The position numbers and the translations under genes are program-made. Positions 12,697 through 26,182 of a stretch of 64,000 bases of DNA are shown here, in pieces (the first letter of the stretch is position 1; every line of letters starts with the position of its first letter). The DNA is taken from positions 4,836,001 through 4,900,000 of the forward strand of contig CM022667.1 in the NCBI GenBank assembly GCA_012295275.1, in the 5' to 3' direction. Source of the stretch: Chrysomallon squamiferum (taxonomy: Eukaryota; Animalia; Mollusca). The notes beneath the pieces were generated by a model. It worked only from the letters and a program-made list of their open reading frames with translations. It searched no databases and was not told the origin of the DNA.

Positions 12697-14009
12697 TAAA
12701 AAAAATTACTACGATTTACTCGTTTTAACGTTGCTAATATTAATCGAATATTATTCTCTAAGTGAACAACCTTAATTTTAATTTTCATTTGCTTTCTCTT
12801 GATTTAATATTTACTTGCTTAGCAATAAATTATTGTTCAGTGTTTCATTCCAGAGTGCCCATTCATTAAGGCCGCTCTAGGTGTGACCAAACGATATTTT
12901 AAATTTAACACCTTGCTGTAACTAACGGTTACGGTCAGGTTAGGATGCAGGTTGAATACATATTCGCCAAGACACAGAATTATATGAATCTGTTGAAATC
13001 CTATTTGGTCCAATAAGATTGTAAATTAAACAGATACTGAGGATAAATTTAAAATGAAAGAGGAAGAAAAAAATTATATTCTCTCTTGGGTTAATGTTTT
13101 CTCTTGTAATGAAGTAAAATATTTCTGAATAACGATGCAGTAAACTTCTTTCAAGACGTTTGATTATCTTCACAGTGGTGTGCAAAATAATCTTGAAATG
13201 ACGGTTTTCATATATTTATTTATTTATTTATTTATTTATTTTATTATTATTTTTTCCCTGTGGTCTACTATACAACTTGAGCGAGATATTTAAACCACAG
13301 TTTTAAAAGGTTTCTGTTTACAACTGATCACACACAGAAAAGCCGAGTTAGGATGTTGTATACGTTGATGACATGTATATACGTCACTAAGCAACGTTCT
13401 GCTTGTAAGAAGAATTACGTCATATATTTCTGTTTTATGTGAGGTGCACCAGTTATCTTTGACATTCCATCACAACTTGTAAACATCAAATGCAACAAAA
13501 CATTTAATATTGTGATCGTTAATTAAAAGACTAGCTCATGTGTATAATTTACGTATGTCATACAACATATTAACAAATATAGAAATAAAAGAAAACAAAA
13601 TTATCTGAAGGCTGCTTTTATATGTATTATTAATTATTAGTTTTAATTATTACAGGAATATTCATTAACAGAAGCTAATTATTTAATCACTTTTGTGAAA
13701 TACTCAATTCAGAACATCTCTTATTATCTTGTATTCATTACACTTTCAAGCTACATCGTAACAAAGCAAAGACTACGTTCTTTTCAACAAGAAGAAAATT
13801 ATAATTTGAGCAAACAAAGATTTGTTAATTATTGCATGATTAAGTTTATAATTAGTAATTAACTTGTTCTGGGTTATATACGTAAGGATAATTATAATTG
13901 TTTTCATCAACAAATTCTTGGATATATGTTATTACAGTTCTCAGTTAAAAGCGGAAACAGGGTCATAGTCGCCATTAGAGAAAGACATCACGTGATCATC
14001 GACTGGTAA

Positions 14010-15452
14010 TTATTCTTTAGGCGTCTGCGGAACAAGACGATATCCCTTCCCTTTGTTTCGTTTCCAGGCAACGACGGCTACCATAGCAACGACGCAAGCA
14101 ACCGCAGCCACACACGTACTGACGACAACAGCAGCGGGCGAATTCGAAGAGTCTGCGAAAAAACAAAATAATAATAAAATAAAATAAATAAATAAATAAA
14201 TAATATAACAACTATTGAAACATCTTACCTGTTACTGCTACTATTGCTACTGCATGATATTTACTATCGCTGTATTTTCTCAAAACTCTGCTTCACTTGA
14301 GGCAGTTATGAACAGACACTGACTAACGCAACGATGTTTTATTTGTGAACTGTGACATTACCTTGTTCCTTCATCACGACGAACGGACCGGTAGAAATGA
14401 GGTGAGACGAGTGTCGTTGTGCAAGTCCACGACGACGTCGACGTGTCACGTGACACGACGGTGCACACTGCGACGGACGACACACGGACACTTGACAGTG
14501 GACGTAAACCAGCTGAGGCGAAGAAACAGGAGACGTTGACGTGAACTTGAACACGTTGAAACTCCAGCGAAACTCTGACAACGATTTTGATTGGTGAACT
14601 CGAACTTCCGGTTCAGTAGCACACCTGTTTAGAAAGACGAAGGTGTAGACGTTAAAACTTTAGACCACAAGTTTAAGGAAAAGATTAGAAAAAAAACGAA
14701 GACCACAATTACGATTGTATATTTTTCTATGAGGAAGTGGAAGAAAGTACGCCTGACAAAAACGTGACCTTTGACCTATCAGCGCGTATAAAAAAAAAAA
14801 TCATATGTCAAAGATCCTTACCCATTTTTGATCAGTTGCCGAAACACAGGATAGTTCGGTGACGGCATAGGCGTTGCTATGCAACCGTCGACGAAAATTC
14901 CGAGATTTGTCAAAGACGAACGACCTAGTGAAAGAGCTACGTGTAGCTGGTCGTTCAGTGGAATTTTCGCCGGCAAGCTGTCGCTGGCTATTTCAGTCAC
15001 GTACTCGTTGTCTTTAAACTGTCTGAGTTCAAAGTCCAAACGTCCGAAGCCTCTCTCGAAGATTCTCAGTGTGTGGTGCAGGGGAAGATACTCCAGGCTG
15101 ACGTCTGCGCGTCTTGGATACTCACACTGCAGTGGTATGAACGCCTCGCCGTTATCACCAAACGTGACGTCAGATGGAAACAGTGCGTTAGTGACATGGG
15201 CAGACAACTCGTTTCTGAAAATGATGGAATCCTTCGAAATCTCCACAGTAGTCCCGCACTGATCGAGACCTATGTCGATCACGTGATGGGTGCCGTTGAA
15301 TCTGACAAGGCATGCCGGGTCTCGCAGTGTCGCGTTGTGTCTCGGGAGCAGTGTTGCTGGGATGGAAATTTCCATTGACGTCGAGGTGCAGACGATATCC
15401 GCTCGCTGAACGTAGCCATTATTGGTCGTTGTGTTTGCTAGTTTGTCAGTAG
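14010..15452 (-). CDS. ZP (zona pellucida)-domain transmembrane protein; last three coding exons, 5' end unresolved
   Basis: Exon 15452-14822 encodes IVCTSTSMEISIP...LRDPAC...LDQCGT...FIPLQCEY...IFVDGCIATP...LIKNG. Exon 14624-14362 encodes C...FRWSFNVFKF...VYVHCQVSVC...C...C, a furin site RRRRR and the hydrophobic patch LISTGPFVV. Exon 14152-14010 encodes a TM helix AAVVVSTCVAAVACVVAMVAVVAW and tail KRNKGKGYRLVPQTPKE*. Junctions are GT-AG and phase-compatible. Candidate upstream exons: 16363-16321 and one ending at 16996. Confidence 0.92.
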
Positions 15453-17997
15453 CTAAATAATGATGTGTAAATTAAGAATTAATAAAATATATACTAATAA
15501 AAAGAAATTTTAAATTATCAGAACATCCTGGCGACTTCATCTTTGTTTTTGAAACCTGAAACTGGAAACAAATATGTATTTAATTAATATAGTGTCCGGA
15601 TGATTTCCTGTTTTGTTCGACGCTTTCCGCTTATACTCGGCTCTTGTCGCTGATGTTCGGCAGATTGCGGTCATTTCCGTCGTATTGGGGTGCTCAATAT
15701 TGAATGATGATGACAATGGTTGAAGCGAAGCAGACAGAGTTTTTGACACACAAATACTTACCACAGGATACTTACGGTACTGAAGTCTGAATATATTGAA
15801 CGGTTTCTTTATAATACGTTGTTACCATAAATAATTTGTTTTCAGGCGGTGTAAAACCAATTAATGCCCCATGAAAAGAATTCATCTTCTAGGCGATAAA
15901 GTTTGATAGCTCGCTGTAACTTGACAGTAGGATGTTCCCTTTTCTGATAATAAAATAAAATAAAATAAAATAAAATAAATAAATAAATATTTAAATAAAT
16001 AAATAAATATGAAGGTTTATGTTATTGAATTTAGTGTATAAATAAAGTTAAATAAAAACAAAAACAGCATGACAGTATGATGTAGAGATAAAGAAGGCAA
16101 TAGAGTGAGGCTCACAGTTATGAGAGAGAAAAATATTCATTTTTTTTCTTATCATTTATATTATCATTATATAAAAATATAATAATACAAAACACTTTTG
16201 ATCTTGTTTGTGAACTCAATTTAGTTTATCGTAAACTAGCGATATCAAAGTACTTTACTGTCTAAATGTACCAAAATAATCTTACTCTGTGTTAACACGT
16301 GACAAAACAGTTTTCCATACCACGTGATATCCGGCTGTCTTCTAATTCGACCATGTGTTGTAACTAAAAATAAAAATATTTTAAAACTCTCCATAAAACA
16401 ATGAAAAAGAGAATAAATGAACCTCTTCTAAACTGGAATGATTCCGAAATTACTTTGACGATCTTTGGTAGTCTGAAAATATCAGATTAATGTTCTTTTT
16501 CTTCTTCTTCTTCTATCTATATTTGTGTATTTCTGGTTCCTAATCTGACTCTTTCTCTGTCTGCCCGCCTTCCTGCTAAAATTCTTGTTGTGTTTAACTA
16601 AAAATGTGCATCTGGCTGTTTCTCTCTATGTTCCTATTTGTCTACCTCTTTGTTTGTGTGTATATTTGTCTGTTTTCTGTTTATCCTTCTCTGTATATGA
16701 AACGTTAATATCATTACGTTGAAATTCAGTATTAATTTGAAGACGTTTGCTTTGAATTGTAGTCATCATCTTTAGAGCAAACACACAAACAAATAAACAA
16801 ACAACCAAATAAACAAATAAACAAACAAAATAAATAAACAACCAAACAAATAAACAAACAGTCAAACAAAATAAATAAATAAATAAATAAATAAACAAAC
16901 AAATAAATACAATTTAATTTTGAATATGTTTTAGAAGTGACTTTTACACGGTAAAACTGGCTGATAAATCCAAAGTAACAAAATGATTTACTTACCGGCT
17001 GCTTGTAACTTGTTGTGTGCACGAAGTCGGAAAGTCAAAATGAAGCGAAGGAAACACGAAGCAACTTGTGAACAGATCCCCGAGTACTCTTATCAGCACT
17101 CAGGAAGTGTCATCAGGGCGGTACCGTCGTGCAGGAAAGGGGAGGTAACTAGGAAGTAAAGCGGTAAGAAGCAAAGAAGTTAAATACTCTTATTTTTAAA
17201 AAAACTCTCCTGTGTTGGCGTGACCTGTTTACTTCATTGCTTCACTTCCGCTGTTTATTTCAGTTCTGTAAAGTGGGTATGGGGTTGTAGTCTGCTGGTT
17301 AGAGCGCTCGTCTAGTTGACGATTCTGAAAGGATTTCTCTTGTTTATTATCCCGAGTAGCCTCTAGTGCAGAACAAGTCAGACAGTTTGATGTATATCGT
17401 TGGCTCTGCGCCAAAGACAGATTTATATCGTATGTGTGGCAATGAGTACGGCATTATGTTAATTCAACTTTAGTAATTTTGGCATAACATTCATTTAGAT
17501 TGGTCGTTTTCTTGTTTGCTGGTACCATAAATATTACCATTTAGTCGTACAAACAGACATTGCAAGAAGAAATCGAAGAGCCCGATCATAAAATCACAGA
17601 CTCGGAAATCTTCGGACATGTTTGAATCGACCTTAATCGTGACGTAGAGGTCAGCTGATTAGCACGTGACAGCTTTTAAGAACAAAATGCTTAACACAGC
17701 TTTTACAAAATACAATTAGTCTAAATGTTATTAAAATATTAATTAAACTTTCTTAATCAGATTTCTTTTGCTGAATCAAAATTCAGTTAATGGTAAGTCA
17801 AAGTTTTAGACTGCACGGTAGGTGGAGTTAAAACAATCAAAAAGTCAACAATATTAAAAAAAGATCTAAAACAAGTTTGGATAGCATGGCGGTTCTTTCG
17901 ACTGTGCGATTTGTATAGTTTTTCAACATTTATCTCCCTTTACAACTTCCATACTACTTTTACAAAATTCACCCATACATCCACCTACCCATCAATA

Positions 17998-18046
<49 letters not shown>

Positions 18047-18296
18047 ACACGCGCACGCCAACACACGCAATCACTTTATTATAACTATCTTAAAAAAAAA
18101 AAAAAAAAAAACAGTTAATATTTATGATATTACGACATAAAAAATATTTCAAATTTTCCCCTGTTGGAACTGCCTGTGAAAATGTGATCATTTTTTCAAA
18201 CGTGCAGAGATAACCTATGCAAACAAAGTTCTGATAACATTGTTTTTTACTGCATATCACACTAGCTTAGATTTTTACCTTAGGACAATAAAGCAG

Positions 18297-18331
<35 letters not shown>

Positions 18332-18368
18332 AATGAAAATTTAATCTGGTAATATTTAAACTTTAATA

Positions 18369-18414
<46 letters not shown>

Positions 18415-18813
18415 TATCATTACTATTATTTAGTACAGTACTGAAATAAACTTAAATAAGATGATTATATTATAAATAGTTTATTACGTGAGTGGATATC
18501 AGTAAATAAGCTAAACAACCTTGTTCGTGTATCATCTGTATGTTATTTAGTACAAAAACTGAAGTGTCAGTGTGTTAGATTACAAACAACCTATTACTCG
18601 TCTGCATAATCTGCCTGTAAATAAAGGTATTACGTAAATTACACATGATGTAAATAATTTTTTGTGTGTGTGGATTATAAAAAGTTAGGTGACGTTATTT
18701 GAGATTGGTGTGTATCTGTTGGTTCACGCATTCTTCTCTAAGTCTGTGCTCAGAGTTAGTTACAGGGTGAAGTGTTTCCATTATAGATTTCATTATTATT
18801 ATTATCATTATCA

Positions 18814-18844
<31 letters not shown>

Positions 18845-19242
18845 TTTATTTTTAATGTGAGGGGGTTATACACATGGTGATTAAAACCTACGGTTAGTCA
18901 CAACATCAGCAAGTATTTCATATGCATCTAATATAGATAGTCTCCGCAGCCATATTTATACCTACCTATATATATATATATATATATACCCATACATACA
19001 TACATAACGCATTATATACATACATACATACATTATATACATAAATACATACATTATATACATGAATGCATACATAATATATATATATATACATACACAT
19101 TACATTCAAATATATATATATATATATGCATATATACACATGTACGTGTTGTGTGTGCGTGTGTATATCTCTGTGCATGCATGCCTGATGTGTATGTGTG
19201 TGTTGGTTCTGTAAATCTTGAAAATGATTCCAATGACAAAGA

Positions 19243-19269
19243 AGGTCAGAGGTCAGAGGTCAGAGGTCA
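19243..19269 (+). promoter_or_regulatory. Four AGGTCA half-sites with 1-nt spacing (overlapping DR1-type nuclear receptor motifs)
   Basis: Sequence is aggtcag aggtcag aggtcag aggtca. The motif match is direct, but function is not shown and it could be a 7-bp microsatellite. Confidence 0.3.
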
Positions 19270-20300
19270 AAAGCTTTCCTCCTGTTGACATCACAGTTTC
19301 ACGTCTGATTTATCTGAATGTTCAATACACTCGCTGTGGTGTCTTGTATTTTTTATTGTTCTTTTTTTCTTTTTTTTTTTTTCTTTTTTTTGTATATTTG
19401 CTGGCTTTTTCTCGATTTTTTTTTTTTTTTTTTTTTTTTATTTGTGTATATATATATGTGTGTATATATATATATATATTATATATATATATATACTCGT
19501 TAGACTGATATACGACTTCTTAAAATATTAGAAATATTTATCGTTAATTAACACTTTCTCAGCCACAAAGGAAGGAAAATAAAGGATTAGGTAAAGTCAT
19601 CAAGTTTATCACATTTTTACAGGTTAATGTTGTTAGTTATTATCATCATCATCATCATCATAATCAACCAAAGTCAAAAATAACAATCGTTCATTATTTC
19701 AACATAATTAAAGATACTCTCATCTATACATTTACTGAAAACTGAGATGAGTGTGTGTGCGTGTGTATGTGTGTTTGCGTGTGAGTGCGTGCGTAGCTGT
19801 ATGTATGTGTATATGTGTAACATATGTACATATATATATATATATATATATATCAGATGGACAAAAGCAATATAATGCTTGCTGTATACTCAATAAAACT
19901 ATTTATACAGAAATACACAGATAGATATACACGATCGATGTGCAATGGTATAAAAATGAAACATAAACAAAATCCGCACCTCTGAAAGCGACAGGTGTTT
20001 CGATAATTGAGAAAGATTAACTGTGAAGCAAATTGTTTGACTGAGGAGACACCAAACACTTGTCACATGTTTTACACACGCACACACACACAAATTTTAT
20101 TTCATTTCATTTTCTTTCTTTCTTTCTCTCTTTTATTTCCTTTTCTTTTACTCCTTTATTTCTTTATATGTGTGTGTTGGTTGTGTTAGCACTGTCATTA
20201 TAAATGATTTCTTCTTCTTTCTGATATATCTGTTCTGTTTTTTTTTTTTTTTTTTTTCCTTCTTTAAAAAAAATAAAAATGATATTAAAATAGAAGTTTC

Positions 20301-20391
<91 letters not shown>

Positions 20392-20524
20392 CATATATAT
20401 ATATATATATATATTTATTTATAGTTAAGATGTTAAAACAACGAATAATATCGGTTCTCTCTCTCTGCTCTTTATAATTTAATCTTCACCGATTCCAAAT
20501 CTTTGGGTTTAAAACTACTGAACT

Positions 20525-20588
20525 GAAGCAGTAACAAAAACAGCAAAGAAGAAGATACACGTGTGCACTATTTCATAAACAGTGAACA
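20525..20588 (+). promoter_or_regulatory. Conserved non-coding block upstream of STELLO-like copy 2 (homolog at 26828-26898 upstream of copy 3)
   Basis: gaagcagtaacaaaaacagcaaa...tgcactatttcataaacagtgaaca versus gaagcagtcacgaaaacaccaaa...tgcaccatttcataaacagtgaaca, in otherwise unalignable flanks. Confidence 0.5.
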
Positions 20589-20774
20589 GTATTCTTATCA
20601 GTAAATCAGAGACAAAAGAGACAGATTGGAGGCTTCCATCCTCGTCTGCTTTGTTATTCGCACTTACTTCATGCGGCGAAAATCTGAAACAGTTTTAATA
20701 TAGCTACACGGACCTGAAAAAATAAATAAATATATAAATAAATTAAATTCATTGCTTCAGTCAGTTGTTACACC

Positions 20775-21089
20775 ATGGGGACAGTTCGTATCTTGTACTT
20801 TTGTGTTGTCGTTATTGTGTTAATTTCGATAGCTTATTTTCTGTTCATGTTAAATATTGATAATATACGTAAACGGTATTTTTTTCGGGACAAATCACGA
20901 GTAAGGTAGGTGTTAAACTATTACCCGCATAACTCATTATAAAATATGAAAAGGAAACTTGACACACACTTTATTTCATAGCGCCCAAAGATTCTCAAAT
21001 CATGAAAAAGGGATTAACAAATTAATACGTATTCCGGTGAAATAAATAAAATTTTAAATAATAATAATAATAATAACAATAATAATAAC

Positions 21090-21139
<50 letters not shown>

Positions 21140-24100
21140 AATTTAGAAAATCTTATGCTTATCAAATACCTTGAAGTGAGAGGAAGAAAATCTAAATGTA
21201 TATTCTAAATATTGAATAGTTAGAACTTCATTTGTTGTTTTTCTCTCCAGTTATAATTAATATCTGTGTCTGTGTATGTGTGTGTGTTTGTGTGTGCATG
21301 TGTCTGTGTGTGTTTAGTTTAAGATATTATCTGTTAAACAACGAATAATATTTTAAAAAAATATATATATGTTAAACAATAAAGTATTAATTGAATGAAA
21401 AAAGACACTTTCAAAAAAAAAAAATAATAATAAATAAAAAAAGGTTTTGTGGAAAACAAAATCCTTTTCTTCAGAGCTCTATTATAATAAGATATATTAC
21501 GTTTTATTTATGTTTCAGTTTTCTCTTCAGTACTTATTATTAAGCGCTTCATCATCATTTTCAAACTCTACATAAATGTACGATAGTACCTGGTTGTCTG
21601 CCGGAGAACGGTTCAGACGGACATTTGAACGGACATCGCTGGTTCTATATCGGTTTTTGGCAACGATTCTGGCTGGTATGCTCATTTAACTATAATACTG
21701 GCTTTACATTCATTTGGCAAAGATCAGCGATAAAAAAAAAAAAAAAAAAAAAAAAAGAAAACCCGATGTAGACAGAGAACCAGACTTGTTCATCACAATG
21801 TCCTTCTAAGCTGTTTTACGCCAAAGAATACAAGAGCTACTAGACCTAGACCTAAACCAATGACATAATTAAGTGATTAACTTTTATAAATTGCTTTCTT
21901 TAAAAACAACTTGTAGCAGTTCTGAATCACTTTAGCAATTCTTTCGTAGATTATGATTCAGTGTGAAGTTATTTATTTATTAATTGTTTGTTTTCTTGTT
22001 TGTTGTTTTATTTATTTATTTATTTATTTTTAGTAGGACGTTCAATAGATCACGTTTAGGTAGTTCCTTTCATAAATGGATTGTCATCACAACACTTTAT
22101 GAGCCAACAGATGACGTCAGATTTATAGCGAAAATACCCGGATGGAAAGTTGTCGTTATTGGAGATAAAGAAACGCCCGCAGATTGGAGGTTTGATAAAC
22201 TGACTTCTGTTTTCTTCTAACTTATTTATTTACTTTTGTACTTTATATCAAATTAACAAACTTATGTACATTTTCTATAAACCGACTACTTCTGCTGTTC
22301 CTATTTCAACTTCTACTACCACAACAACTACTACCACTACAATAACGACGACTCCTACTGTTACTTCCAATGTTATTTCTACTACTACTAGGGTTATTAC
22401 TACTACTACGACTGCTACTGCTGCTACTGCTGCTACTACTTCCACCACTAACATTACTGCTATATCACTACTACTACTACGTCTTCTAATAACAGTCCTG
22501 CAGCTGCTACTTTACATTTAATTAATGCTGCTGTCACTGGCAGGGTTTAGTTCTATAAAATATTATTAAAATAACACAAAAATTTATAATTAATATTTTC
22601 ATTCTTCTGCCAAATTTATGTTTATGTTCATTTGCTGTAATCTCTTTAGTTATCCCGGATGTGTCTATCTTGATATCAAAACTCAACAACAGCTTGGATT
22701 CGAAAGCGTCGCTCTTCTTCCCACCGGAAGTTACGCACGGAAAAACGTCGGGTATCTTTACGCCATTTCCAGAGGAGCCAAATTCATTTATGAAACCGAT
22801 GACGACAACAGACCAAACGATCTTTTACAAAACTTCATACTACAGCCCAGAACGTCTGGTGTCATGTTTGCTGGCGAACACCTCTTCAATCCGTACCGCC
22901 ATTTTGGACAGCCCACGCTATGGCCAAGAGGATATCCTCTGAATGCCGTTGGCGACAACGTGTCCAGCAACTACTTCCTCGACACGTGGAAAACACCTTC
23001 CATACAACAAGGACTTGTCAATGGTGATCCAGATATGGACGCTGTTTTTAGACTCACACGGAAAAAATCATCGTCAAGACTCAACGTAACTTTCGATAAT
23101 CGTGCACCATCTGTGTTCGTACCAACTGGAGTTTTCTCCCCTTTCAATTCCCAGAACACTTTATTTCTGTACGACGCATTGTGGGCGTTGCTATTGCCCA
23201 CGTCTGTAAACATGAGAGTGTGCGACATCTGGCGGGGATACTGGGCACAACGTCTCCTCTGGGAAATGGGATCGACTCTTGGATTCTTTCCGCCGAACAC
23301 TTTTCAGAAAAGAAATTTTCATTTGTATCTGAAAGACGCCGTGCAAGAGAAAGATCTTTACTTCGAAACAAACAGACTTTTGTCATTCCTCACTGGATGG
23401 ACCTGTGAGTCAAAACTGAGTTTCTTTTCTTGTGTAGAAAGACTCAGTCGAGACATGGCCGCAGAGAATTTCTGGAAGGTAGAAGACGCGAGATTAACCG
23501 AAGCATGGCTCAGAGATTTGAGGAAGGCTGGTTATGTCGAACCAAAGCGTGTACAGTCGAGAGATAAAAATGGACGCTTTGTTTTTCCAAAAGGCTTCAG
23601 TGATACGCAGACGACTTTAGAATTCAGACCTGATGAAAAGCAACTTCCTCTTCCGCAGACGTCAACTTTCAAACAATCCACAAAACTGAACCATGTTGAA
23701 TCGGTGTCTGCTGCTTGTCCAGACGTAACGTTAAATCTACCCCCGTACGTGTTACAGCAGGCCACACCCATTTACTCGAACATCCTCTTGATAATAGTGT
23801 TCAACTTTCCTCATTACGAAAACGTCCGATTACTTGAGGTGATTTATAACCTGCATTTTCCACAAAGACTCTACTGTGGACCTGACGTGAAACGTTTTAG
23901 ACAAACCACCGAGCGACAAGTCACGTTTATAGAAGTGAATATAAACAGAGGTTTCGTCGGCTACGAATGCATGCTTAGAGCCATGCAAATGAACTTCAAC
24001 GTGGACGGCTTTCTCCACGTCGCTGACGACACTCTGCTGAACGTATGGAACCTGAAATCACTTCAAACCGATCGTGTTTGGTACGCTGCTCCCATGAGAC

Positions 24101-24590
24101 TGCTGAGAGTGAAAAAGGAGAAAACACGCTGGATGTGGGTGTGGCAGCCGATAGGCAGAGCGGCCTACGTGTCTGCTCTTGCTGAGATGAGGACGTTAGA
24201 TGAGTCTATGTACGCAGAGTTTGTTCAGATTCTCAGAGCCAACACGCGTGTTCAAGACGGATTCTACCACGAACTGTCAGACATAGTGTACATTCCTCTG
24301 CGTCTGAGAGAGAAGTTTATATTCATCAATCGAATATTTCTGAAACACAAACTCTTCTTGGAAATTGCTTTCGCGACTTTCATTGGTGGAGTCGAGCATC
24401 TTAGCAATATTACGTTTCTGAAAGGAACATATCTTTGGGGTGAGCCTAGAAATCACGTAGAAAAGTTTTTAACAAAGATGCTCATTTCCTGCACCCTTCT
24501 AAACTGCTGCGTGAATTCAGCAACGCTAAAGGAAAGAAGTTTTATTGTGAAACGTATCTTCCACTGACCCTGCCTGGTGTAACAGTGTAA
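20775..24590 (+). CDS. STELLO-like (DUF288) putative glycosyltransferase, copy 2; C-terminal 1-nt frameshift as assembled
   Basis: Exons 20775-20905, 22034-22189 and 22650-24567 (as assembled). A T5 run at 24466-24470, where paralogs have 6 nt (tatttt), shifts the last ~40 codons. Restoring one base gives NKDAHFLHPSKLLREFSNAKGKKFYCETYLPLTLPGVTV* ending at 24590. Confidence 0.88.
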
Positions 24591-25119
24591 CAGTGTAGCA
24601 GTGTAACAGTGTAACAGCGTAACAGTGTAAACTATGTCCAGTCCGTCAGACTTCGTTTGTTGATTTAATTTTTGTTTTGTTCTGGTGACGTTCTTAACAT
24701 GCAGAGAGTGTGACGAAATGGAAGAAAAAAAAAACTTACATAGAATTCTTTCATTCAAAATAACTGACTTCGTGTCTACTTCCTTTTGTGTATAAAAGTA
24801 TAAATTTGTATACAAAATACATGCATGTGTGCTAAGACCCGTAATTTATTTGTTTTTATTAAATTATTACACAAAACAAAGTTTCTTCTTTTTCCGCTTA
24901 AAATAAAAAGCACAAGATCGTGTTATTATTATTGTTATTTTTAATATAAATTATTAAAGGATATAAAAGTGTAATTTTTAAAATAAATTTTATTTAATAA
25001 AGAATTTAATAATAATAAAACTAATAAATGAGCATAAGCATAAACTATTTACATGAGTATCAAAAATTTATTTATAATTTAGACACTATTAATTAAAGCG
25101 GTTTTTAAATGTATTTTAA

Positions 25120-25161
<42 letters not shown>

Positions 25162-25783
25162 TAATAATTAAATTAAAAGTGGACTGATTTAATATTTACA
25201 TTACACGTGATTTGTTCTGTACTAAGTACCGTTTACGTACATTAACATGATCCGAAAATACGTTAACGAAATTAACACCATAACGACAACATAAAAATAC
25301 AAGCTACGAATTGTTAAATTTTAACACGAGAACAGCTGTCGATGACATATTAAAACCACATAAAAACTTTCACTGCATGGTAGTAATCCCGGTAATCAAA
25401 ACACTACAGTATGGATAAATAATCAGAAAAAATAAAAAAATAAAAAAATAATAATAATAATAAAAAAATAAATAAATAAAATTACTACGATTTACTCGTT
25501 TTAACATCGCCATACTAAAATGATTAATTAGCTAACATTGATTGAATATTATAATCTAAGTGAACAACCTTAATTTTCATTTTCATTTGCTTTCTCTTGA
25601 TTTAATATTTACTTGCTTAGCAATAAATTATTGTTCAGTGTTTTATTCCAGTGTACCCATTCATTAAGGCCGCTCTAGGTGTGGCCAAACGATATTTCCT
25701 GTTAACATTCCTTGAGGGTGCAGCATTGACAAATAAACACAACAATAATCACACACGCACGTACTCACAATAATCCAGGGAAA

Positions 25784-25814
<31 letters not shown>

Positions 25815-26099
25815 GAAACCGTGTGACGGTTGTAATTAATACAAGAAATCATTTTCAGTATCAAGACGTCTTTCAACAGACCTAACACACATACACACCG
25901 ACTAACATACACACATAAACGCCACACACACACACACGCACGCACGCACGCACGCAAACACACACACACACACACACTGTCGATATACATCTGTTCACAA
26001 AAATTAAATATTTGAGTGATTATTTCAAGTAATTTGTCGACTTGATAGATGAACATATCATTAATTATGTTGAAATATTTTATTATTTTACATTAAATG

Positions 26100-26182
<83 letters not shown>

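Larger units (their letters stand above)
7872..12899. repeat. Segmental duplicate of 20750-25697 (STELLO-like gene with introns and 3' flank)
   Basis: Shared start cattgcttcagtcagttgttacaccatgggg. Introns and 3' flank are collinear. Homology ends at ccaaacgatattt (~12899 / ~25697). Confidence 0.95.

Noticed and set aside
17360-17475. Plus-strand peptide DSLMYIVGSAPKTDLYRMCGNE resembling part of a CUB domain
   Set aside because: Short, bounded by stops, on the strand opposite the ZP gene, with no supporting splice structure.
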